Origin: Sulfurimonas sp.
GTDB taxonomy: Bacteria > Campylobacterota > Campylobacteria > Campylobacterales > Sulfurimonadaceae
DNA: 64,000 bases
NCBI GenBank assembly: GCA_011391635.1
Contig: JAABQD010000010.1
Location: 3,059-67,058 of the forward strand
Direction: 5' to 3'
Shown here: in pieces, positions 10,557-20,099 of the stretch
Position numbering within the stretch: position 1 is the stretch's first letter
How the letters are laid out: each line of letters starts with the position of its first letter
The notes under the pieces: model-generated
What the model was told of the DNA's origin: nothing
The model's input: the letters and a program-made list of their open reading frames with translations, nothing else
The model's database searches: none
Program-made: the position numbers and the translations under genes

Positions 10557-11194
10557 TAGTGGTGTCCTCCTATAGGAAGTGTAGTAATATTGTTAAAGAG
10601 ATTATGTCCTTCTCCTCTATGAGAAGCTAAAGGATTAAGAGTAACATTTCCACCATTGACATAAAAATGATGAGGATTTGTTCCTTTTTCAGGCTTACGC
10701 ACTTGAACATTCCCTTGATTTTTTTGAATATATTTAGAAATATTTGAAGTCGGATTATCTAAATCACCAAAAATATTCGCTTGAACAGGACATGCAACAA
10801 CACATGCAGGCATCATAGACGAAGCAACACGGTGTGCACAATAAGTACACTTATCAGCCGTATGTGTCAATGGATCAATATAAATAGCACCATAAGGACA
10901 TGCCATAACACAACCAGCACAACCGATACATCTCTCTTTGTCGATATTGACGATACCGTTTTCAAGATAATGCAATGCACTTACCGGACAAATTCTCTGG
11001 CATGGAGCATTTTCACAATGATTACATCTAAGCGGTGTAAATGTTCTTTTTGTCTCTGGAAAAGTTCCAACATCTACATACTTTACTCTTAGTCTCCATG
11101 TACTAAGCGGAACTTCATTTTCCACTTTACATGCGACTTCACACCCTTTGCATCCCATACACAGATGCAAATCAACTAGGAAACCTAATTGCAT
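10556..11194 (-). CDS. 4Fe-4S dicluster electron-transfer subunit (PsrB/NrfC-like)
   Basis: CMGCKGC, CNHCENAPC, CIGCAGC..ACPY, KCTYC..CVVACP. Confidence 0.92.
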   Translation of the reverse strand: MQLGFLVDLHLCMGCKGCEVACKVENEVPLSTWRLRVKYVDVGTFPETKRTFTPLRCNHCENAPCQRICPVSALHYLENGIVNIDKERCIGCAGCVMACPYGAIYIDPLTHTADKCTYCAHRVASSMMPACVVACPVQANIFGDLDNPTSNISKYIQKNQGNVQVRKPEKGTNPHHFYVNGGNVTLNPLASHRGEGHNLFNNITTLPIGGHH

Positions 11195-11413
11195 ATATTC
11201 TCCTTTAACCTTTTTGATGGTACATTTAAGATTTATAGCTTTTTCTAATCTATTTAAAAAGATTCTCTTATATCAAAAAAAGAGCCCTTTTGCTGTAGCC
11301 ATAGTACCTAAGAAACCTTAAAAATGTTATAAAGATGTGATATCTTTTTTGTAATAAATGCGTGATTGAGTAGTTTTGAGAAGGATAATTTGAAAAGATT
11401 TTGGAGTTTTATT

Positions 11414-11446
11414 TTCCACATGCCAAAGTGTGATTGGCATGTGGAA
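11414..11446. terminator. Inverted pair of the 13-mer downstream of the 11458-11934 gene
   Basis: TTCCACATGCCAA-agtgtga-TTGGCATGTGGAA; no U-tract. Confidence 0.6.
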
Positions 11447-11457
11447 TTACAAAATTG

Positions 11458-11934
11458 TTATTTTTCGACGACAAACTCAGAAGGGTTTGTAAGACAATCC
11501 ATTCCATCTGAATGTTTCTCTACATTCGTACCATACGAGTAAGTGAGTTCCCCACCCATTTTACCTTGAAAAAGAACACCGCCACTTATAATTGCAACCA
11601 TAAGTATCGCAAAAATTTCTGCTTTGAGCATCTTTTTGTTGCAACCTATGATTTTGGCAATCGTCGCGATGCCCATCCCAATAACCAAAAAGAGTCCAAA
11701 CTCTTTATGATTTTTGAGTAATTCTTGTCCTGCTTCAGGTAAAAGAATAAAAGCATCTGCCGCCTCAGTTTTTCCTGAAAAAAATGCTGCTAATAAAAAG
11801 ATGCTAGCAAAAACCATAAAACGCGTTGAAATTTTTGACATCAACTCGCTTGGCTTAATTAAATAAGCAACTCCTAATACTAAAGAAATAATTGGTAAAA
11901 CCACCGCAAAATGAGCAGCTGCTGGATGTAACAT
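11458..11934 (-). CDS. DUF2231-like membrane protein
   Basis: MLHPAAAHFAVVL start, four TM helices, GKMGGELTY. Confidence 0.7.
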   Translation of the reverse strand: MLHPAAAHFAVVLPIISLVLGVAYLIKPSELMSKISTRFMVFASIFLLAAFFSGKTEAADAFILLPEAGQELLKNHKEFGLFLVIGMGIATIAKIIGCNKKMLKAEIFAILMVAIISGGVLFQGKMGGELTYSYGTNVEKHSDGMDCLTNPSEFVVEK

Positions 11935-12046
11935 ATTTTTATCCTTTTTTTGAATTACTATATTCTACAATTTAATAGTTAATTGTTATAAATTAAACAT
12001 GCTAATTGTTCCAAAATTTATAAACTCTTGGCATGTGGAAATCTAA

Positions 12047-13339
12047 TTACTTTGTCAATCGCACTCGCACAGATTGCTCATGTGCATGAAGCCCCTCTGT
12101 ATTGGCAATCAAAGCACACTCTTCGCCTATCTCATTGATAGCTTTTGCAGAGAAGGAGATAATCGATGTTTTTTTCATAAAGTTTTCAACTCCAAGAGGA
12201 GAGTAAAATTTCGCTGTACCCCCTGTTGGAAGTGTGTGATTTGGTCCTGCGACATAGTCTCCGATTGCTTCGGGAGTATTGTGTCCTAAGAAAATTGCAC
12301 CTGCATGTTTGATAAATGGTAAAAGTTCAAAAGGCGAATTTGTCGCTACCTCCAAGTGTTCTGGTGCTATCTCATTCATCAACTTCAGAGCTTCATCCAT
12401 ATCACGCGTTACAATAATTGCTCCTCGCTCCTCGATAGATTTTCGTGCTATCTCTTGGCGAGGAAGTTTTAAAAGCCAGTTTTCAAGCTCAATTTTAACT
12501 GCATCCGCCAGTTTTTGTGAAGGTGTAATCAATATAGAACTTGCCATTTCATCATGTTCTGCCTGAGAGAGCATATCAATAGCCAAATGCGATGGATTTG
12601 CACTCTCATCTGCAAGGATTCCTATCTCACTTGGTCCTGCAATCATGTCAATATTTACTTCCCCAAAAACCATTTTTTTTGCAGTTGCAACAAAAATGTT
12701 TCCCGGTCCTGTAATGACATCCACTTTTGGAATACTCTGGGTGCCATACGCCATAGCAGCAATTGCACTTGCCCCGCCAACTTTATACACTTTTGTCACA
12801 CCACAAAGATGACATGCCGCAAGTAAAAGCTCATTTGGCTCATTGTTGGGTGTGGGCGTACAGACGATGATATTTTCCACCCCTGCAACTTGTGCGGGAA
12901 TCACATTCATCAAAAGAGAGGATGGATACGCCGCTTTTCCACCAGGGATATAAAGTCCTGCACTATCTACTGGTGTCACTTTTTGCCCAAGAATCGTTCC
13001 ATTTGGCTCATCATCAAACCAACTTTTCGGTTTAAGTTTTTCATGATATATTTTAATTCTGTCATACGAAAGATGAAGGGCTTTTTTCAAAGTTTCATCC
13101 AGAGAATCATACGCTTTTTTCATAGATTCTAGCGAAATAAGCAAATCTTCATCGGCATGTGGTGTCCAACTGTCAAACTTTGTTATATGTCTTTTGAGTG
13201 CTTGATTTTTCTCTTTTTTTATCTCATCAATAATAGTTCCAACTATTGCACTTACATTTGCAATATCCATTTTTCCTCGTCCAAGAAGCTCATCAAAACT
13301 TGCTTGAAAAGTATTATCCGTTGTTTTTGTAAAAATCAT
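12047..13339 (-). CDS. hisD: Histidinol dehydrogenase
   Basis: GLYIPGGKAAYPSS, DMIAGPSEI, LSQAEHD, APEHLE, GPNHTLPT. Confidence 0.98.
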   Translation of the reverse strand: MIFTKTTDNTFQASFDELLGRGKMDIANVSAIVGTIIDEIKKEKNQALKRHITKFDSWTPHADEDLLISLESMKKAYDSLDETLKKALHLSYDRIKIYHEKLKPKSWFDDEPNGTILGQKVTPVDSAGLYIPGGKAAYPSSLLMNVIPAQVAGVENIIVCTPTPNNEPNELLLAACHLCGVTKVYKVGGASAIAAMAYGTQSIPKVDVITGPGNIFVATAKKMVFGEVNIDMIAGPSEIGILADESANPSHLAIDMLSQAEHDEMASSILITPSQKLADAVKIELENWLLKLPRQEIARKSIEERGAIIVTRDMDEALKLMNEIAPEHLEVATNSPFELLPFIKHAGAIFLGHNTPEAIGDYVAGPNHTLPTGGTAKFYSPLGVENFMKKTSIISFSAKAINEIGEECALIANTEGLHAHEQSVRVRLTK

Positions 13340-13341
13340 AT

Positions 13342-13767
13342 CTATTTTTCTTCTTTTTTCGTTGTGTCAAACTCTTCTTTTACAATAGCAAGAGCGTTTA
13401 AAAAATTTTCAGCATCTACGGCACCCATGAGTGGTTCAAAAATAGGTTCGCCATTAGAAAATAAAAACCAAATTGTTGGTGTTCCCGGTCTCCAAAGCTC
13501 TTCAGGAATAAAATCTCGCTCATCTACATAAGAGAGAATCGCAACATAATCTCTGTTGAGTGCTTCAATCACTTTTGCGTCTTTAAAAGTCGTTTCATCA
13601 AGCATCACACAGTATTTACACCCATGACTCGACTGTACAAATAGCACAGGCTTCTTTTGTTCTGTCGCCTGTTTTATACCGCTTTCATAATCTTTTGCCC
13701 ACTGTATATCCGCACCCATTGCAACTGATGCAATTAACAATACTAAATAAACTAATTTTTTAAACAT
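13342..13767 (-). CDS. Exported thioredoxin-family protein (SoxW-like)
   Basis: Signal peptide; SHGCKYC; GTPTIWF. Confidence 0.8.
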   Translation of the reverse strand: MFKKLVYLVLLIASVAMGADIQWAKDYESGIKQATEQKKPVLFVQSSHGCKYCVMLDETTFKDAKVIEALNRDYVAILSYVDERDFIPEELWRPGTPTIWFLFSNGEPIFEPLMGAVDAENFLNALAIVKEEFDTTKKEEK

Positions 13768-14275
13768 TACTTCCTACCTTATTCAATAACTCTTCTGCAC
13801 ACTCTGATGCACTTTTTTTCTCTACATTTATAACTATATCAGCTAATGCCAAATATTCGGGTCGTCTTATATCATACAACGCCTTTGCTTTTTTTAAATC
13901 TTTTAGCAAAGGTCTTTTTTTCAATTTTTGGGTTGCATTTGGATGTTTTTTAATTCGCTTGAGAATCGAATCAAATGGCGAATCTAAAAAAACAATTGTA
14001 CCTATATTTTTCAAATTCTCCACTTTATAAAAACCGCCACCTGTTGAAATAAGTGTATTTTTAACACTATTTTCAAGCCACATGCCAACATTTTTTTCTA
14101 AGCCCCTAAAATAGGCTTCACCCTCATCTTCAAAAATCTCTTTTATCTTACGATTTTGCATACTCTCGATTAAATCATCTGTATCCACTGCAATATAATC
14201 AGAGATTTTTATAAACTCTCTGGCTATGCTCCCTTTTCCTACACCCATAAATCCGATTAAAACTATATTTTTCAC
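13760..14275 (-). CDS. aroK: Shikimate kinase
   Basis: IGFMGVGKGS, FEDEGEAYFR, ISTGGG, KRPLL. Confidence 0.95.
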   Translation of the reverse strand: MKNIVLIGFMGVGKGSIAREFIKISDYIAVDTDDLIESMQNRKIKEIFEDEGEAYFRGLEKNVGMWLENSVKNTLISTGGGFYKVENLKNIGTIVFLDSPFDSILKRIKKHPNATQKLKKRPLLKDLKKAKALYDIRRPEYLALADIVINVEKKSASECAEELLNKVGSNV

Positions 14276-14289
14276 TTTTTGCTCTCTTA

Positions 14290-15576
14290 CTATGCCATAA
14301 ATGAACTCATATCAAAATCTGGCTTTGTTTTTTTTATTTTTATATAAACACGCACCGGTGCTATTATATTGAACTCTAAAATTATCATACTAAGTATAAA
14401 ACAAAGTGAAGAAATTTCTAATAAAATAGGTGCATAAAATGAGCCTAAAAATCCAATAAGTGCAATTATAAAGAGAATAAACTGCAATCTAGCCAAATTT
14501 TTGTTGATAAATTCATTCATTGTAGGAATACTCATATATCCAGCTGCGTTGAGATGAAACCACACAAGAAATGGAACAATCTTATAGAGCATGCCCATCA
14601 TGATAGACATGATAAAGCCACCACCTATTAGGATTGCAACCATTACAACATATTCATGCTTGAAATATTCATCAAATATCCACAAAAATGCACCAAGCGT
14701 CAAAAATATACTCGCACTTCTCCAGTACCAAACAGTCACATCACTGATAGGACGACGACGCTCATTGAGTTTTTTCCAAACTGTTGTCGCATATGCCCAA
14801 AAGAAAAGAGTTATCCAAAGCTTTGCAAAAAGTGCATAACTCTCATCATAAAGGTTTAAAAAAGCCCATAGAAGAAGCCCGATAGGGATGAGCCAAATCA
14901 CTCTTTTTTTACAAAAATTTTTAAACTTAGGAGCGACATAAAACATTGGAAGCACTTGGAAGGAAACGCCAATAATCAAAATCCCAGCAAAACCAAAAAT
15001 AGCCCATACACTATGAATATTTGCAAGAGCTACATGAAGGGCTGAAAAATCTTTGAGGAGGTACGAATAGAGCAAAAAAAGCCCCATAAAAAGAGTAAAA
15101 AATGCGAACAGTACGCTATTTTTCATCGATTTGATTGTCGGAGTCACATTACTAACACCGCGAATGGCGATGGCGATAGGAATAAGAAGTAACAAAAATC
15201 CAGCTCCAAGCAAAACAAAAGCCAAAAAGCCAGAAAGAGAGCTTTGCCATAAAAATGTAACCAACAAAGCAATCAGACCAAAAGAGAGTAAAAGATGTGC
15301 ATAAGTCGCAACAAGCTTCACTTTTGCTATTTTTGCTCCAGCTAACACTGGAAGCATCTGCATCAATGCTCCAAGCATCACAAAAGCAAAAAAACCAATC
15401 GTTATGGCATGTGTAACTGCAATTGACTCTAAAGAGTACCTACTCATAAGTGCTGAGGCGTCACTAAAGAGAAGAATCAAACCAGCGATAATGCCAAAAA
15501 GAGGTGCTGTTAAAAAAAACCTCAGCGGTGCAGAAATAGGCGGTGCTTGGTCAAGCGACAAGCCATTAAAATCCAC
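14290..15576 (-). CDS. Multi-pass membrane protein (NnrS-like / hemerythrin-associated), GTG start
   Basis: About 12 TM helices; SLDQAPP..PLRFF, THAITIG, GALMQMLPV, GMLYKIVPFLVWFHL; RBS GAGAAGG. Confidence 0.7.
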   Translation of the reverse strand: MDFNGLSLDQAPPISAPLRFFLTAPLFGIIAGLILLFSDASALMSRYSLESIAVTHAITIGFFAFVMLGALMQMLPVLAGAKIAKVKLVATYAHLLLSFGLIALLVTFLWQSSLSGFLAFVLLGAGFLLLLIPIAIAIRGVSNVTPTIKSMKNSVLFAFFTLFMGLFLLYSYLLKDFSALHVALANIHSVWAIFGFAGILIIGVSFQVLPMFYVAPKFKNFCKKRVIWLIPIGLLLWAFLNLYDESYALFAKLWITLFFWAYATTVWKKLNERRRPISDVTVWYWRSASIFLTLGAFLWIFDEYFKHEYVVMVAILIGGGFIMSIMMGMLYKIVPFLVWFHLNAAGYMSIPTMNEFINKNLARLQFILFIIALIGFLGSFYAPILLEISSLCFILSMIILEFNIIAPVRVYIKIKKTKPDFDMSSFMA

Positions 15577-15593
15577 ATGCCAACCTTCTCTTT

Positions 15594-16034
15594 TTACGCA
15601 ACAATCATCGACTCCATCATAGAAACTATTCTCTGAGACTCTTCACTCAAATGCTGCTGTGCCATTGGATAGAGCATCTGTTCCTCTTTCATGTTGTGTT
15701 GTTGCATCAAAATCATCAAAGTCTCTGATAAACCAAAAAATTTATCTTTGTTCTGTGCATCTATCGCATCTAACATCTGCTTCATCAAAGAACGCATCTG
15801 CGTATGCTCGTGTCGCATCATGGCAGTTGGTCCTTGTGTCATTCCTGTTTTTGCTTCAAATTCCAAAAACATCACTCGCTCTTCCATTTGAAAGTGTCTC
15901 TCACTCTCATTCACGAACTCTCCACATGCCAACTTCGCATCCACTAATGACTTCATGGCGATATCTTCCATTTTCGCAAACAACTCATCACATCTACTAT
16001 GGTCACGACTCAAAAATTCTTTTATTGTACTCAT
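15594..16034 (-). CDS. Hemerythrin (HHE) domain protein
   Basis: DHSRCD, HFQMEERVMF, GPTAMMRHEH, QHNMKEEQMLYPM. Confidence 0.9.
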   Translation of the reverse strand: MSTIKEFLSRDHSRCDELFAKMEDIAMKSLVDAKLACGEFVNESERHFQMEERVMFLEFEAKTGMTQGPTAMMRHEHTQMRSLMKQMLDAIDAQNKDKFFGLSETLMILMQQHNMKEEQMLYPMAQQHLSEESQRIVSMMESMIVA

Positions 16035-16063
16035 ATTTTTATACCTTTTAAACTAATTTTGGC

Positions 16064-16105
16064 ATTATATGAAATTAGCCAAAAAAAGAAATTGTCACAC
16101 ATCAA
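16064..16105 (-). promoter_or_regulatory. Class II Crp/Fnr-type promoter for the hemerythrin gene
   Basis: Minus-strand TTGAT-GTGT-GACAA (16092-16105) centred about -41.5 relative to TATAAT (16064-16069). Confidence 0.6.
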
Positions 16106-18950
16106 GAGTTTGTTTATACTCTCTAAGTAGTTGCAAATAAGGCAATACTTCTTGTAATTTTTGTTTAAAATCAAACTCTGCATCTTTTTTTCTTGCAGAT
16201 GTTTCTATCTCTTGAGCTATTTTTACAATCCCATCAAAACATAAAGATGCAGCACCACTTTTAAGATTATGTGCATTTATCTGCATCTTTGCGAAATCAT
16301 TTTCTGTTATGCCATTTCTAATGTTTTTTTCTAAATCATCAAGAGAAAGGACATAACTTTTAAATAGTTTTCCTATGATATTTTGAGAAAAATTCATATT
16401 TTTCATCGCCGACTCTAAAGAGAGCTTTATATCCAACGAAACACTTTGTTGTTTTACTTCACTTTTTTGCTCGTTTTGAGCATTGAGTGTTTGACTCTTG
16501 CTATTTAATTCTTGATTATATTTCATTAAAATAGCTTCAAATGCTTTTATCTCGATTGGTTTTGTTAAATAATCATCCATTCCAATAGACAAAAATCGTT
16601 CTCTGTCCCCATCAAGTGCATTCGCTGTGAGTGCTACTATCGGTGTTTTTATTTCAAATGTTTCTCTAAGAATTTTCGTAGCTTCCATACCATTCATAAT
16701 TGGCATATTGATATCCATCAAAATTAAATCATAGTTGCTTAAGCAAACCATATCCACTGCTTCTTGTCCATTGAGTGCAAATTTATAATCCACATTAAAT
16801 TGGTCTAAAAGTTCAGAAATAAGGATTCTATTGATTTCATAATCCTCTGCTATTAAAATTTTCAAACTTATATTTTGCATTCCACTCGCGATAATATCAT
16901 TTTTTATAAGCTTCAATCGCATCAGTTCATTATAAAGAATCGATGGAAATTCATCATAAATTTCAACATGATGATGTCTTGAATCCTCAAAATTTTCATC
17001 AGTTTTTGAGAGAAGAAGTATCTTCGCATATTGAAAATCTTTCATAAGTGCTTCATTTGTAGAGATAACAACTGAGTTCTCTAAATCTATTTTGGCATCA
17101 AAATCTTTCACGATATGATATTCAATTTTATAGGCTTGGAGTTGCTGAGAAATTCGCTGAATTTTACTCTCATCTAAATCAAACAGATAAATTTTAAATG
17201 GCTGTAAATGCTCTTCTAAAACTCTCCCACTTTCGCAACTTTCATAGCTAATATCAAAGTAGAATTTACTTCCTTTGCCCTCTATACTTTCAAGTTGCAA
17301 CTTACTTTTCATCATACCTACAAGGCTACTAGAAATACTCAAACCTAAACCAGTGCCACCAAATTTTCTTGTCGTAGAACTATCGGCTTGTGAAAACGGT
17401 TCAAATATCTTTTCTTGTCTATCTTTTGGTATGCCTATCCCTGTGTCTTGAACAATAAAACGAATAAATTTTTTGCCATCTTGTAGCTTTTTTTTGATTT
17501 TTATATCTACTGTTCCATGCTCAGGAGTAAATTTAATAGCATTTCCGATGAGATTAATCAAAATTTGTTTGATATGAAAACTATCTATCTCAACACACTC
17601 TTCTATTGAGGAGTCTATATCTATCATATAAGAGAGATTTTTTTCTCTCGCTCGTCCAGCCAGAAGCATAAAGGTATCTTCAAATTCCATAAATGGATTA
17701 ATCTTTGTTAAATCAAGCTCTGTTAGCCCACCTTCAAGTTTTGAAAAGTCTAATATATCATTAATAATCTGAAGTAAAATCGAACTAGAACTTCGAATCA
17801 AATCAACAAACCTACTCTGTTTTGATTCAAGTTTTGTTTTGGATAAAAGCTCAGAAAAGCCCAAAATTGCGTTCATTGGTGTTCTGATTTCATGACTCAT
17901 ATTTGCTAAAAAGTTTGATTTTTCTTTTTCTGCTTCTCGTGATTTAATCCTTGCTTCTTCAATCTCAGTAATATCAGTAAAAGTTGCTAAATAGGTTTTT
18001 TTATCTTCAATATTGACAATTGCTAATTTCACACTATAGACTCTTTTATCTATCATAGCAAGATGGACTTTCTGAGGTTCAGCTATCACTGGTGCTATCC
18101 AAAAATAACCCTCTGTACTTGGCTTTAAAAAATTCTCTCTCTCTTCAAAAAGCTCACATACACATTGATGTTTTTCTTTAAATTGCTCAAGCGTAGCGAA
18201 TTTAAATACCTCATAAAACTTTCTATTCACTTCTGAAACACCATGGATTTTATCAAAGAGAACAACTATACTTTGTTGATTGTCTAAAATTTGAGAAACT
18301 TTTTGTTTTTCAGCTTCAATTCTATTCTGATATTCAATGGTTTTTGTTATGTCCTCTCTAAGAGCTATAAACTCAACGATATCACCTTCTCTATTGAGAA
18401 GTGGTACGATAGTCGCATTGACATAATAAGTAGCACCATTTTTGGCTCGATTAGGAAAAATACCCTGCCAGACTTTTTTATCCAATATTGTTTTCCACAT
18501 GCCAGAAAAAACAGACTTAGGAGTATCAGGATGTCGCACAATATTATGTGATTTACCTAAGAGTTCTTCTTGTGTGTATCCACTGATTTTAGAAAAATTT
18601 TCATTTACATATTTAATCTTTCCATGCGTATCCGTTGTACTGACGATAAGAGATTTATCTATGGCTTCTTTGTATTGCTTAAGAACATAAACCATCTCTT
18701 CATTTTCATCTGCTGTTTTATTGAGAAGATATTGAAGATGACTATTTTGCTCTCTAATTTTCGTCGTTGCTTTTCCAAGCTCCTGTGAATTTACATCTAT
18801 CGTATGTTCTAAAAATTTTTTTTCATCATAAAGCTCATCATAACTTTTAGATATATCTTCAAGAAATTCTGTAAAGCCACTCATGTGAGAGTAGCTATCC
18901 GAATCTTCTCCAAAATGTCTTTTCAGTTGTCTTTTTAGCAGTCTATGCAT
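16095..18950 (-). CDS. Cytoplasmic hybrid histidine kinase (PAS-PAS-HisKA-HATPase-REC-Hpt)
   Basis: FLANMSHEIRTPMN, NLIGNAIKFT, DTGIG, GGTGLGL, DLILMDINMP, AHNLKSGA; no TM segments. Confidence 0.93.
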   Translation of the reverse strand: MHRLLKRQLKRHFGEDSDSYSHMSGFTEFLEDISKSYDELYDEKKFLEHTIDVNSQELGKATTKIREQNSHLQYLLNKTADENEEMVYVLKQYKEAIDKSLIVSTTDTHGKIKYVNENFSKISGYTQEELLGKSHNIVRHPDTPKSVFSGMWKTILDKKVWQGIFPNRAKNGATYYVNATIVPLLNREGDIVEFIALREDITKTIEYQNRIEAEKQKVSQILDNQQSIVVLFDKIHGVSEVNRKFYEVFKFATLEQFKEKHQCVCELFEERENFLKPSTEGYFWIAPVIAEPQKVHLAMIDKRVYSVKLAIVNIEDKKTYLATFTDITEIEEARIKSREAEKEKSNFLANMSHEIRTPMNAILGFSELLSKTKLESKQSRFVDLIRSSSSILLQIINDILDFSKLEGGLTELDLTKINPFMEFEDTFMLLAGRAREKNLSYMIDIDSSIEECVEIDSFHIKQILINLIGNAIKFTPEHGTVDIKIKKKLQDGKKFIRFIVQDTGIGIPKDRQEKIFEPFSQADSSTTRKFGGTGLGLSISSSLVGMMKSKLQLESIEGKGSKFYFDISYESCESGRVLEEHLQPFKIYLFDLDESKIQRISQQLQAYKIEYHIVKDFDAKIDLENSVVISTNEALMKDFQYAKILLLSKTDENFEDSRHHHVEIYDEFPSILYNELMRLKLIKNDIIASGMQNISLKILIAEDYEINRILISELLDQFNVDYKFALNGQEAVDMVCLSNYDLILMDINMPIMNGMEATKILRETFEIKTPIVALTANALDGDRERFLSIGMDDYLTKPIEIKAFEAILMKYNQELNSKSQTLNAQNEQKSEVKQQSVSLDIKLSLESAMKNMNFSQNIIGKLFKSYVLSLDDLEKNIRNGITENDFAKMQINAHNLKSGAASLCFDGIVKIAQEIETSARKKDAEFDFKQKLQEVLPYLQLLREYKQTLDV

Positions 18951-18951
18951 A

Positions 18952-20088
18952 TCAATTTTCGTAAATTGCCGTGAGTGTCATGGTCTGATTGTGAAGTTCA
19001 CATTTAAGTTTATTCACTTCAAATGGTGCTATTTCTCCATACGAATAAAAACCTACGAGATTGATATTTTTACCAAGCACATCCCCTACTTCTTGCAACT
19101 CTTCATCGATAAGTTGCCCTAAAACTATTTTACGACCTACGCAACTTACAACTAGACCAAGAGCTGGTTTATCATTTGCAATAGTAATCTCACTCGCAGC
19201 ATGTCCTGCACCATCTATCAACTTATCGGTATCAGGCTTCATCAATCTCGCTGAATATCCTTGCGGAACATCCCCAGCAAAAGTAATTGTTTTTTCTTCT
19301 TCATCCACTGCAAGTAGAGTTCGTATAACTTCTGGGTCACCCTCATTTTTCTTGATACTCAATGGAAAACGCAACCCACTACTCGGTAAATCCGCAGCAT
19401 AAGTTCCTAAATAAGTTTTATATAAATCAAGTGCTGGTTCATTATCTATTTCATAAAGAACATTTCCTTTAGATTTTGTAATCGTTCTATATGCACCAAA
19501 TTCACTCCAACCACCAAAACAACCACTACTGATGACAAGATTTTCTCCATAAAAACCAACAACCGCTATACGACTCTCTTTTGCTTCATCATCGCACAAA
19601 ACAAAAGTTTCTTCAAATTTTGCACCATCTCCAGCTAAACCACCCGTTACTTCAATCCCTTCCAAAGCGTTATTGATTCCTTTAACAAGCTCTGAACCGT
19701 TGATTTTAAGACCATCTGAGAGAACAAAAACATGCTTCAATCCATCTCGACTTAACTTATGAATAAGTTCTGCTGAGACTTCTTCAAGATTTGCTCCATC
19801 AACATAATCTGCATGTTGCACTTCTACTCTTGAACTTTCAAATTTTACAGCTGTTGCAACCAAAGAGTTTTTAGATATCTCTTTGCCAAGAATATTGCCA
19901 GAAGAAGAGGAGCCTACAATATGACTATCGGGAAACCTCTCTTTAATTTTTTGAAATATTTTTTTATCTTTTATTCGGTCTGTATCACCAAAAAGAAACA
20001 CTATATCAGCACTCTCAGCCTCATTCAAACCTTTTGAAATACAATCCCAATCCCCACTATCATTCAATACTAAATTACTTACTCTCAT
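18952..20088 (-). CDS. FIST N/C domain (NosP-like) sensor
   Basis: GSSSSG, VLSDGL, VTGGLAGDG, SCVGRK, GFYSYGEI, LHNQT. Confidence 0.9.
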   Translation of the reverse strand: MRVSNLVLNDSGDWDCISKGLNEAESADIVFLFGDTDRIKDKKIFQKIKERFPDSHIVGSSSSGNILGKEISKNSLVATAVKFESSRVEVQHADYVDGANLEEVSAELIHKLSRDGLKHVFVLSDGLKINGSELVKGINNALEGIEVTGGLAGDGAKFEETFVLCDDEAKESRIAVVGFYGENLVISSGCFGGWSEFGAYRTITKSKGNVLYEIDNEPALDLYKTYLGTYAADLPSSGLRFPLSIKKNEGDPEVIRTLLAVDEEEKTITFAGDVPQGYSARLMKPDTDKLIDGAGHAASEITIANDKPALGLVVSCVGRKIVLGQLIDEELQEVGDVLGKNINLVGFYSYGEIAPFEVNKLKCELHNQTMTLTAIYEN

Positions 20089-20099
20089 TTCTCTTCTCC

